From Vicugna vicugna (lineage: Eukaryota), in the NCBI GenBank assembly GCA_013265495.1, contig MU058718.1:1860001-1924000 (forward strand): DNA of 64,000 nucleotides, read 5' to 3'. The position numbers and the translations under genes were made by a program. How positions within the stretch are numbered: the first letter of the stretch is position 1; each line of letters begins with the position of its first letter. The notes beneath the pieces are model-generated. The model saw only the letters and a list, made by a program, of their open reading frames with translations, ran no database searches and had not been told where the DNA came from. Of the stretch, positions 53,403 to 64,000 are shown piece by piece.

Positions 53403-53699
53403 GCAGCGGCTCGGCGGGGCTGAGATTGCTGCCGCCACGGGCGCCCCCCGCCTCCCCCGCACAGCTCATTCCCCTGCCGCGCGCCGCCCCGCCCCCAGCC
53501 CGGGAGTCCGCGCGGCCCCCGCCCCCAGCGCGGCCGCGGGGGACTGGCGTGGGGGAGGGGCGAGGCGGCCGGCCCGGTGCGGGCGGCTCCGAGGGGCGGA
53601 GGAGGCGGGAGCAGGCGCGCCCGGCCTGAGCCGGACTCCGACGGAGGGGGCGGGGAGAGAGGGTGGAGCGCGGGGGGAGAGGCAAGGGGCCGCGACGAC

Positions 53700-53858
53700 C
53701 GGACTCCATTAGTCGCTCCGGCCGGGAGGCAGCGCTTTTCCCTCGGAGGAGGGAGACCCGCCGCCGACGCCGCCGACGCCGCCGACGCCGCCCGGCGAGC
53801 CGTCGCCTCCCCGCCTGTTGCCGCGCGAGCCCCGGGCCGGGAGCGTGAGGAGCGCGCG
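53700..53858 (+). other. FERMT2: FERMT2 non-coding exon 1 (boundaries inferred)
   Basis: The first coding exon has a splice acceptor, so an upstream exon must exist. The best donor is GCG|GTGAGG at 53858/53859. The TSS is approximate. Confidence 0.5.
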
Positions 53859-54276
53859 GTGAGGGGCCGGGCCCCGGCGGGGACGGAGAGGGAGCGCGGG
53901 CGGGGAGGACTGTGGAGCCCGCGGGCGGTCTCCCCGGCCAGGGTGCGGCCAGCAGGCGGGCAGGTGAAGCCCGCCGCGGTCCGCTAGGCGAGGGCCGCTA
54001 GGCTGGGGCCGCGCGGGGCCGGCAGGAGGGCGGCGCCGTGTCCGCCGGGGGCCGCCGCGGGGTGGGAGCGCGGGGCGGCGACCGGGAAGGGGCGCGGGGC
54101 GCAGAACCCTGCCTGCGGCGGGGCCCGCCGCCGCTCTCCCGAGTTCGTGCGGAAACCCTCGCGTCCACCACCTTCTCTCACCCGGCTGCCGACTCTGCCA
54201 GTTCGGTGGGATTTGCCTTCCTTTGGGGGAGTGACGCTGACGAGAGCCATTTCCTCCGTGCTCGCAGGAAGGAGCC

Positions 54277-54433
54277 ATGGCTCTGGACGGGATAAGGATG
54301 CCAGATGGCTGCTATGCGGACGGGACGTGGGAACTGAGCGTTCATGTGACGGACCTGAACCGCGATGTCACCCTAAGAGTGACCGGGGAGGTGCACATTG
54401 GAGGTGTGATGCTCAAGTTGGTGGAAAAACTCG
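54277..54433 (+). CDS. FERMT2: FERMT2 (kindlin-2) first coding exon; the exon starts at 54268
   Basis: Acceptor ctcgcag (ends 54267), 9 nt of UTR and strong Kozak GCCATGG. Encodes MALDGIRMPDGCYADGTWELSVHVTDLNRDVTLRVTGEVHIGGVMLKLVEKL, the kindlin-2 F0 N-terminus. 157 coding nt, then donor G|GTGAGT. Not listed in the ORF track. Confidence 0.98.
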
Positions 54434-56499
54434 GTGAGTAGCATCCCGGCCGCGTCAAAGTAACGACTTCCCAGACTCGGGGCGGGGCGGGGGGAACTTA
54501 AGGCGGGAGGAGGGGTGGATTGTGGAAATCTTGGGTGGCATCTCGCAGATACTTCTTTTTTAATTTAAAATCTTAAAATATTTAAGCAAATAGACCCCCC
54601 TCCGCCGCTTTGAATCTTGTTTTTTCACTCTGAAATTTTCATGTGGTGAGTCCAGCCTCCCAATTAAATACAATTTAATTGCGTAGTTACCGAAGAAAAC
54701 TACTTGATTCTTTATATTGAGCGAATTCACATGAAAAGAAATGAGAAAAGTGCGCAAGTGAATGTTGAGAGGGTTATATTACGGGGTTTGTAGTTATCAA
54801 TTATATATCTTCAGTGTACCTGAATGTTAGTGACGTTTGGTATTGAGGATAATGCGAAATCTATTTAAGAATAAATTCTACTGGAAAATGTGCAACTTCT
54901 GGAGCCAATATGAAGATTTTGTAGCTGTACTGCTACGTGGAGTATATTAAAATGTTCCAGTCATCCACTCTTAACGAGGGGTGGGGCAGTGTTCTATCTG
55001 TAGTCCATGCTTTAAGCTATTTCGAGCGTTTGATTTTGTATGAATGACAAGATAGTGAAAGAATTTTGTTTTAAAAAGCAGACATTATTGAACTAACTCG
55101 AGACTGACAATATTTGCTTGGGTACAAATATATTGATTTAAATAATCAAATACTAGTGTATCCAGTAATGTGAAGTGGAAGAAAATTTTTCAGTACACAT
55201 TTTGTTTGTGATGGATGAAACCATTTTCAATTGGAAGACTCAAATAAAATGATTTAACAGATGATTTTGTTACAAGAGAAATACTTGGTGGACTGTTTTC
55301 CTGAACTTTAATGTCTTTTGTTTGTAAAACAAGTTCTGATAAGTGGATACGTGTAGCATTTTTTTTTAAGGCATTTTGTGTGTGTCTTTTTAAAGCATAG
55401 CATTCCTTCTTCAAGCCACTCTGGAAATGTAGAGAAGTGGTTATTTATTAGGAAATGTATTTCTTACCAGGAGATTATTGTATTTCTACCATATAAACTT
55501 AACAAAATAGTGCCCCAATGCACTTTGCAGTGTAAGGCTGAATTCATTTAGGTGGATTTTCTTTGGATCTCTGCAGGAAGTTTAATTATTGAAAGACCAT
55601 AAAGAAGCTCCTTACAAGTTAGTCTCCTCCTTAGGACTGCATTGTTTGGCTCTCTGAGACGAAGCCTAGGAAAGAGAGCCCCCCTGGTAGCCCTTTGAAA
55701 ATGAGATTTTGCTGTCTGTATATCCAATTAACTGTTGGTTAGCATTGCATGCTCTTACCTGATTTGACTAAATCAATTACTTTGCAAAAGATTTCTGAAC
55801 CGTTTTTGTCCAGCACTAGTGTGGGATTATTTAAGGAAGAAAATCTCAAATATAGTTGTTTATATTCCCTTTGTTTTCAAAGGAAATAAGCATTTGCAGC
55901 GGAGATGGATTTATATATGATAAATGGACCTTATTAATACACAGATTTCAGGAAGAGACGTTTCTTATTCTGAAAAAGGAGCTGTTGAAGGTGACTGAGA
56001 CAACTTGTAGTTCTTGAAAGCCTGGCTTTATCTAATGAATAAATAATGGCTTCTATATTTACATTGCATTGATTAGAGCTGTTTATCGCAGAATCACAGG
56101 CACAAATAGAAATACAGAGAGTAAACTTTTTGCAGGCAGAACTGATGTTAATTTTCAGTGATTATGATTTTACTCTTTTAATGTTGATGCATTTTTAATT
56201 TTTTGTGGTGTGAAGAGGAAGCCCAAGGTAAGAAATGTTGTGTACATAAAAGCCTTACATCTTTCTCATACTGAACCAATACTGAGCCCCTTATATTTTG
56301 ACTTTCAAATAGAAAATGTTTTTCAGCATAATTCTGACTTTCCTGTTTGGTAATAGTAGAGTTAAGTGATTTTTTTTGCTCCTGGTTTTAGGATTAAATA
56401 CTTTGAATGGCAAGCTATTTTGTTACCTATTGGCAGGTAAATGGAGGAGAAATTCAGTAGGACAGCATTTAAAACTTACAAACCAGGCAATCAAACTAG

Positions 56500-56615
56500 A
56501 AAAGAACTTTATAATTCTTCAGAGTTGCCTAACACTGGAATGGCCTGCCTTCTGAAGTCCTAAGTTGTGTTACTGAAAGTATTAAAGGGCAGACTGGATG
56601 GTTACTTGTCAGCGC
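56500..56615 (+). mobile_element. CR1/L3 3' fragment
   Basis: tggaatggcctgcctt...tactgaaagtattaaagggcagactggatggttacttgtc. Confidence 0.5.
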
Positions 56616-56904
56616 TAAAGTAGATCAAAACAGCTTGCCGAGTCCAGATGGTGAGAGGTGGAGATCGAGGTAGGGATGTCGAGGTAGGGATGTGATGGCA
56701 CCGGGTCTCATGTCCCAGGGGATTGCAGAGCAGGAATGGACACTTAGCAGAACCAGGCTGCTCTGGCCTTGGAATTGTGGTGGTACAGCAGGACAGCCTA
56801 TCTTTTCAGTTGCAGATGCCTTCTTGAAACCTTTCTTATTCTCATCAGAGTGTGTGTGAATACCAAAGATTTATGCTTTAAGGCTGTCTTCCATATAATA
56901 GTGA

Positions 56905-57073
56905 TAGCAGTTTTTTCCATGGGATTGATAGATTCCACGATGACTCCTCCCTTCAACATTGTATTATAATTTTGTGTGTATGTGCACATGTCAGACTTTC
57001 TGGGAAGAGGCTTCTTAGCTTTCATTAGATTCTCAAAGAGGTCTATGATCAAAAAAAGTTTATAATACAACTG
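56905..57073. mobile_element. hAT-Charlie-type MITE remnant
   Basis: ttcattagattctcaaagaggtctatgatcaaaaaaagtttataatacaactg resembles a Charlie-family end. Confidence 0.45.
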
Positions 57074-57257
57074 TAAGGTTTGGCCCTTGAAGGTCAGTCT
57101 TATTTTGAAAATAGTGTTCATCTCAGACTTAGGCACTTTAATTAAGCAAGTAAAAAAGTAAATAATGTTTCCTTAGTATGTCAGCAACATCTTTATGTTT
57201 AGTTAGAATCTTGTAAAAGACTTGTGCACTTCAGGTAAGGTCATTCAACTATGATTC

Positions 57258-57392
57258 TTAGCTATAATGAAAAAGAATATGAAACACCAAAGAATATGAA
57301 AACAGTTATATGTATGTGTCTGACTGAGACATTGTGCTGTATGCCAGAAATTGACACATTGTGACTGACTATACTTCAATTTAAAAAAAAAA
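57258..57392 (+). mobile_element. Young short L1 3' end
   Basis: Same family as 44565-44734. A-tail and degenerate TSD atgattctta/ataattctta. Confidence 0.85.
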
Positions 57393-59389
57393 CATAATTC
57401 TTAGATTTATGACTTAAATTCAAAGATCCAAATGATCCCTTTGTAAATCTTAGTACACAACACATTTGTCATTCTGCGCTAATCTTTTAAAAAGAAAATA
57501 GTGTACACCATGAAAAAGTGGGCTTTAGGGAATTATATCCTGATGTCACAGAAACTTTTTGCATCTGTGACTTTAGTTTAGGTTGATACTAGACAAATAA
57601 TCTCCACACTGTATCCCCCCAGTGTTTATACCTCATTCTGGAAATAAAAAGTTACTTCATATTTTAATTTATTTAAAAAAAATCCAGATTGAAAGCATTA
57701 AATAGAATTCTAAAAATTTATTGTACTTTTTGTTAACAGTTTTCAAAGTTGTATAGTTTTTCTTTTATAAGAAAAGAGTTATAAAACATTAGGGTCAAGG
57801 ATTGTACAAATGAGGCAGAGAATAAAATTATGAAATAATTATATTTAAAAATAATGTTATAAGGAAGAGGTCCAATTTTATGGGATTCCCTGACGTTCCT
57901 CTGGAGATCGAGAAGTATTAAAACTGATCTACTAATAGGATTCAGAACTTAGTAAACGTTGAGGATTCCAAATGCCAAAGATGCTTTGTTTCACTGCATT
58001 TTAGTATCAGTTTATAAAAATTGTCTTTTTTTATACTATGTACAATTAAATTTTTACCTTTCTATAAAAATTCATATTAGTTGAAGAGTAAGGAATTTAT
58101 TATAACATGGAACTCAGTGAATGGATGTTTCCAGCTCACAGCTCTGTGAGCTTGGAGGGTGGAATAGGCCATGTGATTTTTAAAATTTCTTCTAGCTCTG
58201 ATTCTATGAGGAGGAATGTAGACGTTGGATTAAATCAGATTAAATAGTAATCCAGAGAAAAAGATACAAGTTGGGAGACTCAGGAGTAACTAAAAACAAA
58301 TGTATGGCGTTGACTTAAAAATTTGAGGAATATGGTTCTGGATGTAGCCTTTGGAAAGAAGTCATCTTTGCTTTAAAGTATGTCATGTTCTTGCCATAAT
58401 GATGAAATAGGGAACGTTTATGTTGTAGTTCCATGTTACGATGGAGTTAGGTTGTGAATTTAGCACACATAATTGCCCCCCCCACAAGATTTTGGTTTAC
58501 ATTACCTTAAAAATCCCTTAAAGTGATCTTGAAGTATGGTTTCCATACATTCATTCCATCTCACAGAAGTGCAAAATAGCTAGGTTTTCCTTCAGAAACT
58601 CCAAAAATAAATTTCTTTAGTTGAGCACCAGATGAAGAAATTGGCTTGCATTAGGGGCTTGTTACACAAAAATACTTTAAATGCTAGGATCAGAGCTTGG
58701 CAAGATGCGCACAGGGAGAAACGCATATGTTACTGGACAGCTCCCTCCTTATACTCCTGCTTACTGCTCCTTGGGGAAGACATGCTTAGTTGGTGGAATG
58801 GTGTCTCTGCTGTTGAAATCCTCAGTTTTATCCCCTGAGGGCTTATGGTTGAATTCATAAAAATAAAATATCTACATGATACAGCCTTATTGCATTCATA
58901 GTGAAATATATTAAGATAAAACCTTTTAAAAACTCCTTTGGAGTGTAGTGGGAGAAACACTTAATGGTAAAATCCTATATATTAAAGTGAGTTGAATTTT
59001 AGCTAAATATGTAGTATCTGATAGCAGGTTTACTCAGTGTTTAGAGTACTGTTAATGATCCACAGGAACTGGACATTGAATTTTATCTGTTTCTCAGCAC
59101 ATCTTAAGCTCCTTAAAAAAAAAAAAAGGACAGTATGTAAACTTTACTAAAATTCTCATAGTACCTAATAAAGTATAAGCTATTCTTTGGATGCTCTATG
59201 TGTTGTTTGCTGCCATGTTTTATACCGTATTTTTTTAAAAATCAACAAATACTGTTTGATTCCAACTAGAGTTAACTTACAGAGGCACTAAAAAGAATAT
59301 TTTTTAAAATTCAGTTTCTTAGAAAAGATCTTGTTGGAAATGTTTACTAGCTATTGAAGAAAACTGAAAGAAAATTTAAAGTTTGCCTT

Positions 59390-59790
59390 TTATCTTCAAC
59401 TTTTTATTTTTTGAAATTTCAAACTTATAAGTTCAAGAGTAATAACTATGAACACTAATCATCTAGATTACCAGTTAGCATTTTGCCATTTAATTTCCCT
59501 ATACACACATATACACATACATATTTTTTGGGGAACCATTTGAGGACATCACACATATCATAATCCTTTGTCTCTAAATACTTAAAATATGTATCACCTA
59601 AGAACAAGGACTTTCTATTATAAATTACATTACAATGATCAAATTCAGGAAATTTAACGTTAATTCAATACTGTTGTCTAACATGCACCCATATTCAGAT
59701 TTGCCAGTTCTAGTATTTGCCTTTGTTTTTTCCATCCGGGATCTCATTCCACATTTAGTTGTCACTAAAGTGGCCTCTTAGTCTCCTTTA
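59390..59790 (-). mobile_element. Old L1MC/ME 3' remnant
   Basis: cctaagaacaaggac...atcaaattcaggaaatttaac...catttagttgtca. Confidence 0.7.
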
Positions 59791-60169
59791 ATATACACAA
59801 TGGCTACCAAGTTTGAAACCCACAGGAGAGTATGTAAAATGTGGTTTATTAATAATACATTAAGATACATGTAATAGTACCTGTTTCCAGACTTCATAGC
59901 CACCCTATAGAATAGTTCCTTAACTGTTGTCTTTCAAGACACTTTTACCTTTTTTTAATGGTAAAATCCTTTATCAGGGTGAATTTCAGTTCAGAATGAT
60001 ATTTTTGTAGGTTCTTTTTCAGGTACTTTTACCTTTAAAGTTCAGTTTTCTCCTTAGCTTACTATTAAATAAGGTATAGGTAATATTTTTAGACATCATT
60101 GGGTATAGAGTCCCCATAATGTTGGCTGCCTTCAGACTGTAGTAGATGCTAACAGATACACAGAATAAT

Positions 60170-60350
60170 AAGAAACAGCATTCTGGCTCTGCTATATATT
60201 GGTTTGTGTGATCCTTGAACAACTGATCCAACCTTCTGAGTAGGTTTTGACACCTGTAAAATGCAAATTAAAAAAAAAAACTTTCTCATGGGTCTTGGTG
60301 AGAAAAGAGATGATACGTATGAAAATGTATTACATAAGCTATTTATGCTG
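60170..60350 (+). mobile_element. MIR SINE
   Basis: ttctggctctgct...ctgtaaaatg...atgatacgtatgaaa. Confidence 0.65.
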
Positions 60351-61089
60351 TACAAATGAGAGTGGCTACTTTCTCAGTGGCATTGAGAGTCCCTGATTAT
60401 ACTAAACTGGAGGGGAGAGAAGAACTCCTTTAAAAGGAGTTACATCATAATCTAGACTGTTTAATAGGTTCCAGCTTTAATCGTGGAGAATTGTACTCCT
60501 TAGAAGGAGCTTAGTTTGGGACTGCTTTGTGCTCTCACCCCCTAAACAGCAAGAAAAATAGCTATCATTCCACCCTTTCGCTTACTTCCAAACACACCTG
60601 CCTCTGTAATGTGGCAGAGAGCTGTTTAACTACTGTTTTCGTTAGATTTCTGAAATGGAATGGACCAATAAGTGGATGATGGTATTCCAGAGATTTGAAA
60701 AATTTATAACCATGAAGGCCTCTGTAGTATGTTTTTTAATTCAGTTATAACAGGGGAATGATATAAAATTGTGTCTGGGCATATGGAAACATTGAGCCCA
60801 TTTAGAAACTAATGAAATTGTTTTAAGAAAAAAACTAATGTATGCAGTATTTTTATTTAAATAATTGTCTTATTGAAATAAAAATTAATAATGCTAATGC
60901 CATGGTAAGTTATAAAATGGTATATATATCCAATGTGAGGTAAACAAATAGTCTAAAAGAATATTATAAAATAATTTTTTAATTGAGATGTGACATTCTG
61001 CGCTTAGGTTTGTGGTTACAAATTCATATCCATTATAATTCATTTGTAACAAATTTTTGCATAATTCCTGCATTTTTTGCTTGCTTTTT

Positions 61090-62190
61090 CTTAATCTCAG
61101 GCTTATTGATGTATAATTTACATGCAGTAAAATTCATACTTTTTAGTATAATGTGCTGAGTTTTGACGAATGATGCAGCCATGTAAAACAGCCACAATCA
61201 AGATACAGAACTTTTCCAGCAATTTTTTCCCAAAAAATTTGTTTCTTAATAATTAGCCCATCCCCTCAACTTCAGCTCTTGAAAACTGCTGATCATTTGC
61301 CTTTTCTAATTCATGTAGCTTTGAGTGTGGTTTCTTTCACTTAGTATAATATGTTTTATTTTACTAAAAATATTCGTTAGCATCATACATTTTAGATTTG
61401 TGTGTGTATCAGTTTTTTTTATTGTTGAGTTGCAGTCTGTTGTATGGATGTTAAACCGCAGTTTATTCATCTACCAGTTGTTCCAGTTTGGGGAGATTAT
61501 GAATAGGGCTGCTGTAAACATTTCCATGAAGGTATATTTTCATTTCTCTTGGAAAACTACTGAGGAGAGGGATTGCTGTGTAGTATCCTAAGTATATGCT
61601 TAAATTTATAAGAAGCTGCCAGACTTTTCCAAAGTGGCCACCTCATTTTACATGCCTGTCAGCATGGTATGAGAATTGAAAAAAAAAAAAATTTTAAGCG
61701 TTGCTCTGAGCCCTCCATTAGCACTTGGTATTGTCAGGTGTTTTTGTCTTTATTTTTGTTTAATTTTAGTCAGTCTTAATAATTATGTAGTGGTATCTTA
61801 TTATGATTTTGATTCACGTTTCCCTGATGACTAATGATGGAGAGCTTTTCACATGCTTATATGCCATCTGTATATCTTAGCGAAGTGTCTTCATATATTT
61901 TGCCTGTTTTTTTTAATAGTGTTGTTTGTTTTCCTGTTGAGTTTTGAGAGTTCTTTATATGTTCTAGATACAAGTCCTTAATCAGATACGCGTTTTGCAG
62001 TATTTCCTCCCAGTCTGTGGCTTGTTTTTTTGTTTTTTTAGCAGTATCTTTCAAAGAGCAAAATTTTAAATTTTTTATGAAGTCCGTTTTATCAATTCTT
62101 TTTTTCTGGATTGAACTTTTAAAAAATTGTCTTATGTAAGGAAATAGGCCTAATTAAGGTCACAAAGATTTTGTTCTGTAAGTTGTATAG
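61090..62190 (-). mobile_element. L1MB-like 3' region
   Basis: Reverse L1 3' UTR and ORF2. ORF 61857-62054 (KKQATDWEEI...LIKDLY) is ORF2-like. Confidence 0.88.
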
Positions 62191-63489
62191 CTTCTGCTTA
62201 TTTTTATATGTTGAGGAGGAAAAATGAAGTGTAGTAATTATAATGTATCAGGAAGGAATTAATTACATCATATAATTTTACATAATGTAATTATAACTTT
62301 AATTTGGTGGAATCTGAGCTGTAAAATAATAGTGCAGTGAAAACTGATTTATTGTCAATCTACTAGAAAACAGATTTTTAGAACTTCAGTCATAAAAAGA
62401 GATCTATAGTAAAACGTCTTTGAATAGTTAAAGAAAAGTTTCAGGCTTTAATGCTGTAGAAATGTTACAGAAAGAATTAAGTAAGTTTGGATTCCAATCC
62501 TGGCCATCCCCCATAGTAGCTGTGTGATTTTATTTATTTACTTTTTTAAGTCAGGGTTTTCATGTTAAGGATCCCAGTTTCCTTATCTGTACAGTATAGA
62601 TAAACACAGAATAAGCCTTCATTTAAGTTTGTTCCCTTACCTTTGTAATGTTGTTAGGGTTTTTTGAAAAATGTTTTTTGAGTATGGTATCTTTCTAAAC
62701 TAGAAGATTCCATTCTGAAACAGTACTGTTGTGTATAAAGGGTCATTATTCAAATCCTGGTCTTTCCTTCAGTGAGAATATTATACTGTCTATTTATAGT
62801 GGCTCAGAGTTATGTGGTAAAATGTTTTGAATATTATATTTTCTGATATTTTCTCTCAGTTTCAATAATTCTGCTTCTAAGTGAATTAGGGTACTTAAGC
62901 CATAAATGATTGAAATGTGAGGTTTACATTGGGATTTCCTTTCCTTTCATGATTTAGTTTTCAGATTCGATTGTCTACTATTTAGTTGTATAAGGACCAT
63001 CCAGCTTCAGTGTTATTTTGGGGCATTCCTTATTCAGTTTTCAAGGTTATAGAGCTGACAACCTTTAGCCCAGAGGAGGTGACATTTGCTTTGAACTCTG
63101 TAGTGAATCTTTTTAGAGATATTTACCTATCTTATTTTTATATCATGCTGTAACTAAAAACTACATCAGGTATTTTAACGATAAATTGTAATTGCAAAGC
63201 ATCAGTGTAATGATGGTTTTGATATCTTTTTCTTAATGGAACACTGAAGGTTATGAATAAAACACCAATAAAGTGCCAGTGTTATTGATTGTAGATGGAG
63301 GTATCTGTTGGATAAGTGCTTCCCAGCTTATTGTTCTTTAATGTAGTTCCTGAATTTTATAACCTTTGAAATTAAAAATAACTTGAAAAAAGCAAATAAT
63401 TGCTGTATCATTTTAAAGTTTTATGGTGTTGATGGAATCTGTTGCCATGATAGGATGCCTTGTTATGGAGCGTAGACTGTGGGAGGGCC

Positions 63490-63680
63490 TCCTGATTGTG
63501 TCACAATCCCAACTTTACCATATTCTAGCTGTGCAGCCTTGCGCTGTGTGACCAAGCTTTCTATGCCTCTGGTTGCTCATCTGTAAAATGGGGATAAGGA
63601 CAATACCTTTATCATAGGATTATTATAAGGGTTAAGTTAGTTAATATATATGAAGTGTTTTCGAATAGCCTTTGTAAATG
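63490..63680 (+). mobile_element. MIR SINE
   Basis: ctagctgtgcagccttg...ctcatctgtaaaatggggataa...tcataggattattataagggttaa. Confidence 0.85.
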
Positions 63681-64000
63681 TAGCTGTATAAAACTTTCCT
63701 TTTTACTGAGCTAGAGAAATAATATTTATATAAGATTGAGAATGTATCTTTTATAAAGGTAAGCCAAGTAGTACTAACATATTCTCTACCATATTAGGAA
63801 TGTATTTTAACATTATTATGCTACTTTGCACCACTATGGGCAATATTATTTTTAAAAAATATGACAAAGATGTTTCAGAAGTAGTAGATTTTATGCTTCA
63901 GTGTATACAAAATTATAGATAAACCCTGCTAAAATGGAGGGTATTTCCAGTAAATTTAATATTCTGGTTTAGGCAAATGCCTTCTTTAAAAGGTGAACTT

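Larger units (their letters stand above)
53050..54510. promoter_or_regulatory. FERMT2: CpG island / FERMT2 promoter
   Basis: Abrupt rise in GC and CpG content, many GC boxes, and it spans the first coding exon. Confidence 0.95.
54434..64000 (+). other. FERMT2: FERMT2 intron 2 (continues beyond window)
   Basis: Starts GTGAGT. I saw no sequence for the next kindlin-2 exon (D-VKKDWSDHALWW...). Confidence 0.8.

Noticed and set aside
52892..54437. Long ORFs (up to 259 aa) across the CpG island
   Set aside because: Low-complexity Arg/Gly/Pro/Ala translations on both strands, as expected where high GC depletes stop codons. The real coding sequence is 54277-54433.
1..64000. CRISPR array, operon or horizontally transferred microbial system
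   Set aside because: No regularly spaced repeats, no gene-dense segment and no long non-mammalian ORF. The window is explained by two spliced genes and mammalian repeats.

Overview
Mammalian genomic DNA, most likely a camelid (inferred from the tRNA-derived SINE family and artiodactyl-type young L1 3' ends). Two protein-coding genes are recognisable, both on the + strand. The first is the last coding exon of DDHD1 (1298-1479), followed by a long 3' UTR. The second is the start of FERMT2/kindlin-2: CpG-island promoter, non-coding exon 1, first coding exon (ATG at 54277, donor after 54433) and intron 2, which runs past the window end. The ~52 kb between them is repeat-rich (L1, HAL1-like, L2, CR1, MIR, MaLR/ERVL LTRs, SINEs, microsatellites). 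Nearly all other ORFs in the track are spurious or L1 ORF2 remnants. I found no new multi-gene system. The best leads are small: a tiny retroposed poly(A) tail of unknown origin with target-site duplication (33953-34058), CpG-enriched patches inside ancient repeats (24.2-24.7 kb and 29.9-32.7 kb), and an SRF/ETS/TEAD/NF-kB motif cluster in the FERMT2 promoter. Repeat subfamily names come from remembered consensus sequences, not a database search, and boundaries without TSDs are approximate.
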